Source: Balamuthia mandrillaris (Eukaryota). From it: a DNA stretch of 64,000 bases. The stretch lies in contig JAVKOQ020000028.1 in assembly GCA_031835245.2 (NCBI GenBank), positions 1 through 64,000 on the forward strand, read 5' to 3'. Below the pieces are notes generated by a model. The model searched no databases. It was not told where the DNA came from and saw nothing but the letters and a program-made list of their open reading frames with translations. Of this stretch, positions 16,116 to 28,552 are shown in pieces. Numbering within the stretch: the first letter of the stretch is position 1; the number at the start of each line of letters is the position of its first letter. Both the position numbers and the translations under genes were made by a program.

Positions 16116-19100
16116 CCACACCAATAACAACCATAACAGAGGAAGCCGCTCTCCTTCCCCATTGCCGTCCCCGTTGCCTTCTCCTTCTTCTGCCGCCACC
16201 GCTTCTTCTGCCTCTGCTGGCGAAGGCGGAGGTCCCGTGCTGGGTGCGTCTCTGTCGTTTAAGACGCTCTCGACCAGCAGCCCGGTTTCCACCACTGCGG
16301 CTTCTCCGCCCTCTCCCGTGTCGCCGTCAGCAAGCCCTAATCCCACCACCGATTCTGCTCATTCTCCCGCTTTATCGTCATCCCCTAGTACTCATCACAC
16401 CTCTGCAGCTGCAGCTGCAGCCCGTCTCAAGAAAACAACCACCATGCCATTGCCTTTGTCATTTTCGGAGGAACCATCCTCTCTTGAAAAGCTCAAAGCA
16501 ACAGGATCAGGAGAAGCAGTCGCCATCACAACGACCGCAGCGCCAACGGGGAGTCGTTCAATGGGCCATCGCCGTGCGGCTTCTCTGGGCTCTGAAAACA
16601 CGGCAGCTGTGGTAAGGAAGGGCTCTGCACCGCCCTCCTCCGTAAGCACTAACACCAACGTCGCCTTTGCCAAACACTATCTCCACCCTCAGTCTCGTTC
16701 TTCACAGAGTGCTGGGGGAGGTCTCCTCGCCAGAGCTCGTGTTTCGCACACACAACAACAAGTCGTAGACACTCACTCTCCTTCCCCACTTGCATCCTCC
16801 TCCCCCTCCCAGACTCTCCGGGATAACCCCTCCACTTCACAACCCTCCTCTGATAGCATCAGAAAACGAAGCAAGAGTGATGAAGACACGCTACCGGAAG
16901 TGGATCCGCTTCTTATAGGCGGGCAGCTCCCTCCCCATGTTCATAAAGAGTTGAAGAACCTTACCAAGTTTCACCTGCTCTTCGGTGAGAAGGCCTTGTT
17001 CGAATTGCGAGACATCCTGGATGATCTTAACATCGAGGAAGAAAGCATCGAAAAGAAAAAGCAGAAAAACAAAGAAAAGCTTGGCCAGTTCTTGCTGCGC
17101 AGGCCTGCTCCCTCCGATTTAAAGATGGGAGGCATCCTTCCGCAAGATGCTTCCGCCCAACAACACAGCGATAGCAGTACGGCAACTTCCTCGGATACCC
17201 TCAGGAAGCTCAAAATGTTCAAACGTGCTAGACACTCTAAACGGCACGCCAAAACTAAGGATGACAGCATTGGCCGCTACTATGACGACCCTATGGTGTT
17301 CATAGGTGAAGGACTGAACGAAGGTAGTCCCTCCATTAAGCCTCGCTACATCAATGATCCAAAGGTTTGTCCTTTGCCTTTCCGCCCTTCCTCCAACTAA
17401 CATTCCATCACTCCTCACCCAGGATTATAATTGGGATGCCTCTAACCCTCCACTCCTTATACCCTCTATTGGGTTTAGGTTGGAACTTGGTACTCCCATG
17501 GACGAAACTACCAAAGAAGAAGTATTAAATAACCTTTATTTGGAGTATCCAGAGCAAGACATTTGCTTCTACCATCTCAACTTTATTGGAAAAGGTATTG
17601 GCATTGTTTTTCCTCAACCTATTATTAGTATATGATCTAATCGAGTTGGCTTAGAACACACAAACTACCTTGGGCATGATGCCAAACTCGGACCAGTTGC
17701 CATTTCTATGGAGGATGCGAAATTCAAAGAAAAGGAAGATGTTGTAAAAGTGTTGATCCGGACGAAAAGGGTACTCTGTTCTCAAAAACTGACTTGTTCT
17801 CCACGCTGACATTGATGATTTGCTGCATTTAGGGAGAGGAACGGGTTTTGGTGCCAGTAAAATCATCATCTAAGGAGACGCTGAAAGCTCTTCGCACACA
17901 AGTTCCAAACCTTGCAAACACTAAACTTGTTAAAGTCAAAGATCCACAGCTTATTCAGGACCTTGTGGAGTTGGAATTGAAACTTTTATCCAGGAATTAC
18001 AAGTTTGGTATTCTGTACGTGATTGAGGGACAAGATGACGAAAACGCAATGTTTGCAAATCGTACGCTATTCCTGTTTTTTTTTTTTTTGTTTTTGTTTT
18101 ATCTGTGTGTGCTCACTTTGTTGTTAAACTTGTTTCAGAGGGCGGAAGTGACGCGTTCCGTGAGTTTCTTCAGTTTTTAGGAACAGAAATAAAGTTGCAA
18201 GGATGGGACGGATTCCGCGGAGGCTTGGACGTTAAGAGTATGTATAAAATAATTTGCTTTCGTCAAACTTGATACCAACACTATTTTTTCCTTGACAACA
18301 AAGAAAACAGCACAGGAACTCACAGTGTACATACCAAGTTCAGAGAGTTTGAAATCATGTTCCACGTTAGCACTATGCTTCCTTACAATCCGGATGATGA
18401 GCAACAGGTTTCTCACTGCACCTCATCGCTCTTTTACTCTTCTCTCTTCTTACTCTTTTCGGCCTACAACTTCTCAGCTGGAGCGGAAACGGCATCTAGG
18501 TAATGACATCGTGGTGATTGTATTTGTGGACGGAACGACTCCTTTTCCACCTGACATAATTAAGTCCGAGTTCAACCGTAAAAGCTCACACCAAACCTTT
18601 TTTGCTTTTATATCTTATGATTGCATAAGTGTAACGTTTTTTTATCAGATACCTTCATTATTGTTCAAGTGGCGGAGCCAGGTGATTCAAACAAACCAAC
18701 AAAATACAAGTACATCTCTCTCTCTTCCTCTCTCTCTCTCTCTGTGCCGGTGCTAAATGTCCTTTATTCTGTTAAAAGGATTTCCTGTGGAGACAAAACA
18801 GGTGTAAGGCCGTATGGGCCTTATCTTCCAGACCCTCCCATCTTTCCAAAAGGAGACAAGTTTTTGGAGTTCTTTCTCACAAAATGTAAGCTATTGATTA
18901 TGTCGGTTATTTGGAAGTTTTCTGAAGCAAATGTCTTATTTCTTCCTTCTTGGTCTCTTCTTCTTCTTCTTCTTCTTCTTCTTCTTCTTCTTCTTCTTCT
19001 TCTTCTTCTTCTAAATAGTGCTGAATGCTGAACGAGCGGCCCTTCATGCTCCTGATTTCAGGGACAAAATCCAAAGGACGCGACTCCTCCTGCTGAAGGA

Positions 19101-19149
19101 CATCGTGGAGAAGTATTGCAAAAAGAAAGACCTGGGCATAGCGGACTAG
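15337..19149 (+). CDS. Rap/Ran-GAP domain protein with an RPEL-like motif and low-complexity N-terminus
   Basis: [47 protein letters not shown] and LNAERAA. RPEL-like [21 protein letters not shown] at ~17071-17142. Confidence 0.9.
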
Positions 19150-19164
19150 CAACCCTTAAACAAC

Positions 19165-19207
<43 letters not shown>

Positions 19208-19328
19208 ATTGTAACCCACCAATAAACAGAGTTGACATCTACTCCTCATGCAGAGCATCTTTCAGTGGTCACACTGCACAACTGCTGCTGACCCTGGGCA
19301 GCAGCAGAAAGCTCGGCAAACATTCTCC

Positions 19329-19369
<41 letters not shown>

Positions 19370-19399
19370 TTGTGGAGCGGGGCGAACCAACATAGCGTA

Positions 19400-19807
19400 A
19401 TGAGCGTGCTGATAGAAACAAGCCTTGGCAACATAGTGGTGGACTTGGAAACCAAAAAGTGCCCCAACACCTCCAAAAACTTCCTAAAGTTGTGCAAAGT
19501 CAAGTATTACAATGGTTGCGTCTTCCACAACGTGCAGAAGAACTACTTGGTGCAAACCGGGGACCCGACGGGCACCGGTCGTGGTGGCACCAGCATTTAT
19601 GGGTATGTGCTACCTTCTTACGCTCCATTGTATTTTCCAAGGCTAACCTCTCTTGATGTGTTGTTTATTTGCTCCTGCAGCTTGCTCTATGGGGAGCAAG
19701 CACGCTACTTTGAGGATGAGTTTCACCCTTCGTTGAGGCACAAGTCCAAAGGCGTCCTTTCTATGGCTAACGCGGGCCAAGAAAACACGAATGGCTCCCA
19801 GGTTGGT

Positions 19808-19860
<53 letters not shown>

Positions 19861-21194
19861 CTCTTCCTTCTCTTCTCTTCTCTTTCTCTTTCTCTTTCTC
19901 TTTCTCTTTCTCTTTCTCTTTCTCTTTCTCTTTCTCTTTCTCTTTCTCTTTCTCTTTCTCTTGCTTACACAATCTTGCTCTGTTCTCTTGGTTAAGTTTT
20001 TCATAACTATGGGAGAGGACTTGGATGCACTAGATGACCGTAACACCGTGTTTGGCCATGTGGCCGAAGGCATGGAGACCGTTACGCGTATTAACGACGA
20101 AGACACAGACGCAGAGGGTAGACCCTATCGTATTATTCGTGTCCTGCATACCATTATCCTAGACGATCCTTTCCCTGACCCTCCAGGTATGTTGTGTCGT
20201 GGTGTTATTCTCGTTGCAGAGGTCGAATTCTAATCCTTTGTTTGCTTGTTTCCGCCGCTTCTCTTCACTTCTCTTCATTCCTTCATTTAGGCCTAGAGAT
20301 TCCGGATGAATCGCCAATGAGAGAAGTACCGGAGCTCTTTCGCCACCGCTTAGGCGAGAATGAAGAAATAGAGTCGGAGGGAGAGGGCAAGGACAATGAT
20401 GAAAAGAGGAGACTCGAAGAGGAGTTAGAGGTCAGATCTCGAGCCGAAGTTTTGGAAATGATTGGAGACATCCCAGTAGCCGATATAAGGCCTCCTGACA
20501 ATGTTTTGTTCGTGTGCAAGCTAAACCCTATCACAGCCTCCGACGATCTCGAGACCATATTCTCTCGCTTTGGGGAAATCTTGGAGTAAGTAATCCTCAT
20601 ATTGTGGTTTTTCTGACTTGGATTAACCTTGCTTAATCTTGTCGTCAAAGATGTGAAGTCATTCGAGATAAGAAAACAGATGAGAGTTTATGCTATGCAT
20701 TCATAGAGTTTGCAAAGCCAGAGCAATGCGAAGCAGCCTGGGCCAAAATGGAAAATGCTCTGATCGATGACCGTAGGATTCATGTGGACTTTTCTCAATC
20801 AGTCTCCAAGATGAACAAGGACCGTGGCGAATTTGGTGTGGGCTTTTTCGGCGATAAGTATAGGGAATACGTGGCTTCTCTGTCTAAACCTAAGCAGCAG
20901 GCTGTTCTCAACGCTCAAAAGGCTCGCATTCAGGCGGAGGGCAGACGAGGTCAGCAGCGGCACGACAACAAGGGTAGATACTTTGACAGGAAAAGATCAC
21001 CTTCTTCATCCTCCTACCGGAAGAGAGAGCGCAACAGTGACGATGATGGCGAGGAAGAAAGAAGAAGGAGAACGCGAAGCAGAGAGGATGATCACCATCA
21101 CCGCCATCAGCACCATCACGATCACAACAGACGGGCTTCTTCACGTGAAGATCATCGGAGACGCCGCGATGATCGCAGCGATAGGCGGCGGTGA
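19400..21194 (+). CDS. PPIL4: Cyclophilin-RRM protein (PPIL4/CYP59)
   Basis: [61 protein letters not shown] and an Arg/Asp/His-rich tail. Confidence 0.95.
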
Positions 21195-22334
21195 TCTTCT
21201 TCTTTATCCTGGACCATTCAACATGATATTTTCACACCTCTTTGTTTTGCTGTTTGTCATATGTAGCTTTCCAAGAGGCTGCACCCATTTCTCATGAGGT
21301 ATTCCTCTGTGAGGGCGAGTGAAGGGAACAGAAAAGGACGAGTGAGAGAGGCGAGAGCATGAGAGCGAGAGATCAGGGGAGCGAGGAAGAAATTTTTGGG
21401 CTGCCCAAAAAATGCAATAGGCAGGAGTCGAACCGGGGGCTTCCAAATGATGCACCAGGCTTGAGTCGAACTGGGAGTTTCGCAGAACAAACTTTTCTTG
21501 GATTTTTCTTCATGCCCCGCGTACCTCCCCCCAACCAAACTTTTCTTTCTCGTCCCCCCCTTTCTCTTTTTTTTTTTTCAACTTTTTGAGAAGAAGAAAA
21601 GAAAGGCTGCTGGTGCCGATTAATTTTGAGTACCGCAGAGGTCCGCGTTGTTGTGTATTAATCTCTTGCAGGTATTCCATCGTTTTTTTTGCCTTTCTTC
21701 TTGCTTCTTTTTTGCTCTGTCTGCCTTTTCTGTTAACGAAGGAGGGTTAAGATGAAGTAAGCAACTGTTGTACCATCTCTAATGGAATAATACGGAGGAA
21801 GTTGAAGTATTTATTTTTTTTTTTGTGTGTGTTTTTTGTTTTGTTAAAGAACGCTTACTTTGGAGCCCAGCTGGAAACAGAAGGAGGAAGAAATTCTTTT
21901 TTTTTTTGTTTTTTTCTTCCTTTTTTTTTGCCTTCTGATTTCTTTTTATTTGTTTTGCTCTTTTGATTCTGCGTTAACTGAAATTTTGAAACCCTACTTC
22001 TATTTTTCTTTCTCCCTTTGCTTCATTTTCTCTTTCTTTCCTCGTTTCCAACAAACAAAACACACAAGACCTGCCCACCCTCACCCTCCCTGCTGCCTGC
22101 GCTTGCTTGTTTCTGTACCTCTTCTAAGTATCGAGTAGTGCTGCGTCAGCTACCCCCACTACCACCAACCACAACGAGCTATTGTGGTTGAGGCCAGCGA
22201 CTCCTTCACTCCAGAAGAACTGAAAGTAGCCGATTCTGGTGTAGTGCATAGTTGCCTGGCAATTTTGAGTAGCTTTGATTTCTGCTTGCAAACACAAGCG
22301 GCATCCTCACTCACTCACCACCGTTACGATTGGG

Positions 22335-24110
22335 ATGAAGAGTACTGGTTGCACGAGGCGAGCAGGAGGTGGAGGAGCAGGAGCTGAAGGGAAAAGGAGA
22401 ACTTCACGCCGATCCTCTGTTGTTGCTGCAGAGCTACAGCAGCAATACGATACGGTGCCAACGAGAAACCTCGATGACGATGCTCACCCTCTTTCTTCTC
22501 CCATCTCAACAACAGCTGAACTTAAGACGATGAGAACGATTGTGGAAGACCCCGCCAGCGCCCCGGTATTCGTCGAAGGGGAAGCGTTGCAACCAGGTTT
22601 GCAGAGGCTGGTTGTGGTGGAACAGCAATCCCTCCACAAGGAAAACTTTAGCAAGAACGGAGAGATGAAGAATGTTCACAACGTGGTCAAAAACACCCCT
22701 TTCTTCATCGAGCTGGCTCTTGCCAAAGCCGCTCTCTACGACGATGGCTGCAACTTTCGTTCGATGACGTTGGAGGCTGGACTCTTCTTTGATTGCGAAG
22801 GCGAGAAGGAAGTACCTTTTCTGAGTGGCAAACCGTTGGAATACAAAGGCCACATTAACGATGCCGGAGACCGCATGAAGTTGGAACTGAAGATAAAGGT
22901 CCTTTCCAGCCATTGCGAGAACATGCTGTTCAAGATCCGTTTCCAGCTGGTCCCTCCCGTTGGCAGCAATGTGAACGGTTCCCTGTGGACTACCTTCTCA
23001 GAACCCATTAAGGTCATCAGCAAACCCGACCAGTTGTTTAAGAAGAAAGGCAAGAAAACCGGAGTCAGTCACAGCGGCGCCGATGCATCGCACCCTGTCG
23101 GTGCTGCTGTTGTGGCCACAACGACCCCCAAACGCAAGCGAACCGTCAACGACCGCATCGAGGAGACTGTGCTCAAAATGTTTGATCAGCAGCAAGAGCA
23201 AACACAGCTGCTTCACACCATCATTCAGCAACTGGCAGAGGAGCAACGCGAGTCCTGCACGAAGGCTGCCATCCTCAAGAACAAACAGAAAGAGGAAGAC
23301 CCCGATCAGCCACCCTTTGGCGAATTGTTGGTGAAAGTCTACCACGAGCTCTTATCGGCGCGCACCGCTGCCACTCACTATTACCCTCACCACCCACCAG
23401 CATCCACCTCCACACCTCCTACCATCATCAACGACCCTCATCACGATATTCTTGTTGAGGAAGAAGAGCTGCAGATGGGTACCGGGGCCTCCACCACCAC
23501 TACAAATGGCGGAGAGGTAGCATCTACTACAACTACAATAGCTGCAACACGAGGAGGAGGGGTATCGGGGGGAGAAGATAGCTTGGAAAAGGCCTTCCAC
23601 GCCCTTCTTGATGCGTTCGAGAGGACGGACGCAGACGAGAGGCCGTTGAAGGTCAGAAAGATCATGCGGGGCTGCCCCTCCAGAAAGATGTCCCTCCTCG
23701 GCGAGATGGTCGCCCTCTTTAACTCAGAGGGTCTCGCCTCTGAGCTAAGAGCCAGGGACATGGGCGGAGATGCCGATGACTACGATGACGAGCACACCAG
23801 AGGAGCCACCGAGGGCATGGACGAAGGCGAGAAGCTTTTCTCCTTTGAGTCTTTCTTGGAGGACTCGGAGCAGGCCACTTTTGAGAGCTTTGCTCAGTTT
23901 CTTACTCCTGCTGCTACTGGCAGCGGAGATGCTTGCAGCAGCGCTTCTGCTGGCGAAGCTCCTATTGCTGCATTTGGAGGAGGAAGAGGAGGTGTTGGAC
24001 GCCTCCATTCTTCTCGCATTCAGCAACAACAGCAAAGCTCCACTGTGGCGGGACAACAACAACCGTTCATCCTGGATGACTACTTGAGCGACCTGATGGT
24101 GGAGCCTTAG
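22335..24110 (+). CDS. CudA-family transcription factor (start codon uncertain)
   Basis: VHNVVKNTPF, KPLEYK, KIKVLSSHCENMLFKIRF and SEPIKVISKP resemble the conserved core of amoebozoan CudA/SpaA proteins. A basic KKKGKK/KRKR region follows. Confidence 0.7.
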   Translation: MKSTGCTRRAGGGGAGAEGKRRTSRRSSVVAAELQQQYDTVPTRNLDDDAHPLSSPISTTAELKTMRTIVEDPASAPVFVEGEALQPGLQRLVVVEQQSLHKENFSKNGEMKNVHNVVKNTPFFIELALAKAALYDDGCNFRSMTLEAGLFFDCEGEKEVPFLSGKPLEYKGHINDAGDRMKLELKIKVLSSHCENMLFKIRFQLVPPVGSNVNGSLWTTFSEPIKVISKPDQLFKKKGKKTGVSHSGADASHPVGAAVVATTTPKRKRTVNDRIEETVLKMFDQQQEQTQLLHTIIQQLAEEQRESCTKAAILKNKQKEEDPDQPPFGELLVKVYHELLSARTAATHYYPHHPPASTSTPPTIINDPHHDILVEEEELQMGTGASTTTTNGGEVASTTTTIAATRGGGVSGGEDSLEKAFHALLDAFERTDADERPLKVRKIMRGCPSRKMSLLGEMVALFNSEGLASELRARDMGGDADDYDDEHTRGATEGMDEGEKLFSFESFLEDSEQATFESFAQFLTPAATGSGDACSSASAGEAPIAAFGGGRGGVGRLHSSRIQQQQQSSTVAGQQQPFILDDYLSDLMVEP

Positions 24111-24541
24111 TTTGGCTAACACGACGACGTTGAACGAACGGAAAACAACAGAAGGAACGACAACCGCCGACAACGCCACCGCCATTACTCCGCTGTACAT
24201 TACCTCATCCCGCTACCCCCACCAACCACCGTAAACGCGGCGCAAGCGCAGCAACCAGCAGAGCGGACCCAACCTTTCCTTCTGCTTCCTCTTCTGTTTT
24301 TAAAATTGGAAAAGATTTTTAGGGCTGTCCAAGCCCTCCTGCTGCAAGCTTGCTACCTTCACCCCCACCCCACCCCACCCCGCCATTGGTGCTCCAATGT
24401 CACTTTGTTCTGCAAAACAAAAAAACAAAAACATCAAAAAACGAAAACAAAAAAAAAGAAAACTATTTAAATGTTTTATGTTGAGGAGAATAAACAACAA
24501 AACCCCTCACTTTATTTCTTCTCGTATCTCAGACTCTTCTT

Positions 24542-24600
<59 letters not shown>

Positions 24601-24877
24601 ACACGCAAACGACTAACATACTGCTTTTGCGACCGTTGTTAGTCGTAAGAGGGATGGCCGCAGTTCAGATCTGAGATTTAAGATCTAGATCTTTAATGAG
24701 AGTATTAACCAATAGACAATCAGAACTAGCATCCACAGATCAACAATCAGAAAGAAAAAGAGCAGAAGAAGAAGCAAGAAGCACAAAAAAAAGAAGAGAG
24801 AGGGAGAAAGAAGAAGACGAAGAAGAGGGAACAGCCGCCGCCCCCTGTTGTTGTTGTTGTTGTTGGGTTCATCATAT

Positions 24878-25831
24878 ATGTCGAGAGAATATATTTCGCC
24901 GGAGGGTCTTCGGTTGGACGGTAGGAAAGCAGAGGAGTTGCGCAAGATACAATGCAAACTTGGTATCTTCAGCCGAGCGGATGGCTCAGCGTACTACCAA
25001 CAGGGCAACACAAAAGTGGTGGCTTCCGTGTTTGGCCCGCGAGAGGTTTGTACGCTGTTTTTATCTTTCTTTCTCGCTTCATCTTGTTTCTCACTCGCTC
25101 TGCCACGCTCAAAGGTAGTGCGAAAGGGGCAAGCTCTGCACGACCGTGCCATAGTGACGTGCGAGTACAGCATGGCTACCTTCAGCTCCGGTGAGCGGCG
25201 CAGAAAGGCCAAGGGAGACAGGTATTCACGCGCTTCCCTTTCGCTCCTCTCCTTTTCTCGCAGTGCTAAAAAGTGGCTCCCTTGCTCACTTTTTTTTCTT
25301 CTGTGTAGACGTGCCACAGAGATATCATTGGTGATGCGACAGACGTTGGAAGCAGCCATCATGACCTCCCTCTTTCCTCGCTCTCAGATCGACATTTTCG
25401 TGCAGATCCTGCAAGCTGACGGTGGCACCCGCTGCGCTGCTATCAACGCCGCCACGTTGGCCTTGATAGATGCAGGCATTCCCATGCGAGACTTTGTGGT
25501 CTCCGCGGCTGCAGGCTACATAAACGGAACGCCCATTCTTGGTTCGTTTTCCATTACCTCCCTCCCCTCTTCCTACTCTCAGCTAACACTGTTCCAAGAC
25601 CTGAACTACGTGGAGGACTCAGCAGGAGGACCAGACCTACCGGTGGCCATACTTCCCAAGTCAGGAAAGGTAACCATGCTACAGATGGACTCTAAGCTGC
25701 CAATGGACAAGTTCGAGGAGGTACTCCGGTTGGCAGTGAAGGGCTGCCACATTATCTACCAGCTGCTAAGAGAGAACGTCAAGGACTACACTGTAGACTT
25801 GTATGATAGCCGTGGCTCTTCTTCCGCCTAA
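24878..25831 (+). CDS. EXOSC4: Exosome complex RNase PH-like subunit RRP41 (3 introns)
   Basis: EYISPEGLRLDGRK, ADGSAYYQQGNTKV, FPRSQIDIFVQILQADGG and INAATLALIDAGIPM. Introns at 25046-25114, 25222-25308 and 25542-25598. Confidence 0.95.
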   Translation: MSREYISPEGLRLDGRKAEELRKIQCKLGIFSRADGSAYYQQGNTKVVASVFGPREVCTLFLSFFLASSCFSLALPRSKVVRKGQALHDRAIVTCEYSMATFSSGERRRKAKGDRYSRASLSLLSFSRSAKKWLPCSLFFLLCRRATEISLVMRQTLEAAIMTSLFPRSQIDIFVQILQADGGTRCAAINAATLALIDAGIPMRDFVVSAAAGYINGTPILGSFSITSLPSSYSQLTLFQDLNYVEDSAGGPDLPVAILPKSGKVTMLQMDSKLPMDKFEEVLRLAVKGCHIIYQLLRENVKDYTVDLYDSRGSSSA

Positions 25832-26034
25832 TAATAACTTTGCAAGTTTCACCATGTCACGTCGCAAGAGAGAGAGGGAGGGAGAGAAGGCAAAGTAGTC
25901 CAAGCACACGCACACACTGTGTCGTGGGCTTTATTGTTTTTTGTTCTCCTCCAGAAGAAAGCTAAGTACACGACGCAAGGTTCCGGTTTCCCCAAAACTC
26001 GAAGTAGAGAAAAACCATTTCCATGACTGGCTTT

Positions 26035-26673
26035 TTACTGGCCTTGAGGAGTGGTTCTGATGATGTCAGAGTCACCAGGGTCGGTGATGCTCAGAGAAGA
26101 CACACGGAAGTATTTACCGCAGGCAGTTCCAAGATCGATGTTGTCTGCGCAGAGTAGAGATGGTCAACCTCTAGAAACTGGAAACAATAAGAATAAACAA
26201 AATTACGCACTTCCTTGGTAGTGGTGAACTCCGGTCTTGGCCAACATGGCGTAATACTCGAGCTCAGACTTGCGAAGAGGAGGGCAGTTGTTGGAGATGA
26301 TGATGAGCTTAGCCTTGCCTTGCCTCAAGGACTTGAGAGTGGACTTGTATCCCAAAGTGTACTTGCCGCTCTTCATCACGAGAGCGAGGCGAGAGTTGAT
26401 GCTCTCCTGGGCCTTTTTCTGTGGTCACAAATGAAGGGAGAAGAAAGGGTGAGAGACCCAAACAAGAGAAACAAGGAAAAAAGGTAATTCAAAAACAGCT
26501 CAGATGGTAGTGCATGTTGTGATTTCTCTTCAGAGATGTATCTCAAGAAAATATCTATGGTATTAAGAATCATCCTTGGGCTGTTCGAACAAAGAGCGCG
26601 AGCCAGCGAACGGAAAGGGGGACATGAAAATATTTGAGAGTAAGATGCGAACCTGCTTCTTGGTGGAAACCAT
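26035..26673 (-). CDS. RPL30: 60S ribosomal protein L30 (eL30), 3 exons
   Basis: Spliced translation [36 protein letters not shown]...[19 protein letters not shown]...[11 protein letters not shown]...DPGDSDII. Confidence 0.97.
26494..26585 (-). ncRNA. Intronic box C/D snoRNA, U33/SNORD33/snR55-like
   Basis: Lies in RPL30 intron 1. Terminal stem AACAGC/GCTGTT, near-consensus box C (AGGATGA), internal CTGA (D'), and guide ACATGCACTACCAT directly before box D CTGA. The guide is complementary to conserved SSU rRNA GUGGUGGUGCAUG. Confidence 0.8.
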
Positions 26674-26953
26674 TTTGAGTTGTTGCTTTCTTCCTTCTCA
26701 GGCAAACGTGTGTGATTATCACTCTCGCGGGCGGGGCCGGTCTCTGAGTCTTTTGCGTTAGTTGGTAACAGGAACAAAAGTGGAGAGAAAAGAAAAAAAG
26801 GGGGGAAGGATGGAGGATGCGCCTGCTGCGTACTCTCCTCCGTTCCACGTCACCATTTCCTTTTATAGTCGAACACATACGTCATACTTTACTTTTATGC
26901 ATATTGCACACGAGCGCACAGACAGCATTACAAGCGAAGAAGCCACCCCTACA

Positions 26954-28511
26954 ATGGGTAACGCATCCTCGTCGTCCTCCTCTGATGGGACTGCAGGAGC
27001 GGGAGGAGGCGAAGAGGCCCATCTCCCTCATCCTCGACACCTTCCTCCCGTATTTTATGAAGCTGGTACTCTCCTCGCTTTGTTATTGCAGTCTCGCATT
27101 TTTCCACCTCTAGCTAAGCATTCAATGCTTCAAAGCAGTACCAAAGCACCAAAACGAAGCAGAGGGAGAGGCTGTTCTTTTGGAGCAGTTGCGAAAGGCT
27201 TTGTTGGGTCTTCCTCCTATGGACAAGGAAACCATGTCAGGACGCTGCTTTCCACAAACCCGGCAGATGGAGAAGTTCATGAAAGAGGAGGTTGGCATGG
27301 AAAATATACCGCAACAGTACTTTGTGCAAGGCGTGAAAGCCTTCGCCTTGAAGCAGCCATTAGAGAAAATGGACCCCGAGAGAGTACTTTGCTTCCGGCA
27401 AGAGCCAACCAGATCTCTTCCAGGCGCCAACCAGGAGGAACTGCAACAGGAGGACGAGGAGAGAGTATTTATGATGACTGTTGGGGAAGTACTTCAATGG
27501 CAAGATAGCTTTGCAGTGTTTGTGGCCAGCGATGTGTATTCTGATGGTCTCTCTCTCTTTTGCGTTCCTGCATACAAGTGACTAACATGTTGTTTGCAGA
27601 CGAAGAAGGAAGAGAGTTGATAAGCAGGTCACTTAGTGGACTGAGCGAAGCAGGTGCGGAGGCATGGAAAATGAAGTTCTGCATTCGGATATCACGTTGT
27701 CCCATTCTTCTTAACTTTGATGGTATTGTACATAGCCGCCGCGTCTTCAATGATGGCGTCATCAAGTCAAACGCCTCAAAGAAAAAAACGAAACACAGAA
27801 CCAAGAAAAAACATCAGAAGAAGAACGAGGGACACAAAGAATGCGATAAAAAAGAAAACGAAAATGAAGAGAAAGACACATATGGTACAGAGAAGGAGGA
27901 GAAGGAGAAGGAGAAGGAGAAGGAGAAGGAGAAGGAGAAGGAGAAGGAGAAGGAGAAGGAAGGAGAAGGAGAAGGAGAAGGAGAAGGAGAAGGAGAAGGA
28001 GAAGGAGAAGGAGAAGGAGAAGGAGAAGGAGAAGGAGAAGGAGAATCATCAGAGTCGTAACGAAAATGAATCTGTAGCTGAGTCACAAGGAATAAGGGAG
28101 AATGGACCACGTGACGGCAAGGAGCTCTTTCGATATCGCATAGACGAAAATATGATTGTAGAAGAGACCTTCAACTCCAATAACATGTTCTTGGTATCGG
28201 TGTGTGGAATGGGTAATTTGTTTTTTCTTTTTTCGTTGTTATGGATTCTGATACAAACACTCAACCATGATACAACAGACTTTGCTGGGCGGGAGCATGA
28301 CATAATGGATATCAAGCGTTACATAAAAAATTGGGACAAAGTCTTTGGCACATTGGACGGCGAGTTGGTACCCCCAAACGGAAGAGATTTCGCTCCTACC
28401 GGCCAGAAAGCCATTCTTCACCAAACAATACTCCTTGAAGACCTCATCAAGATGGCAAGACTACGGCTTCAAGCTCAAGACCGACTGGGTATACAAATAG
28501 CAGGTAATGCT

Positions 28512-28552
<41 letters not shown>

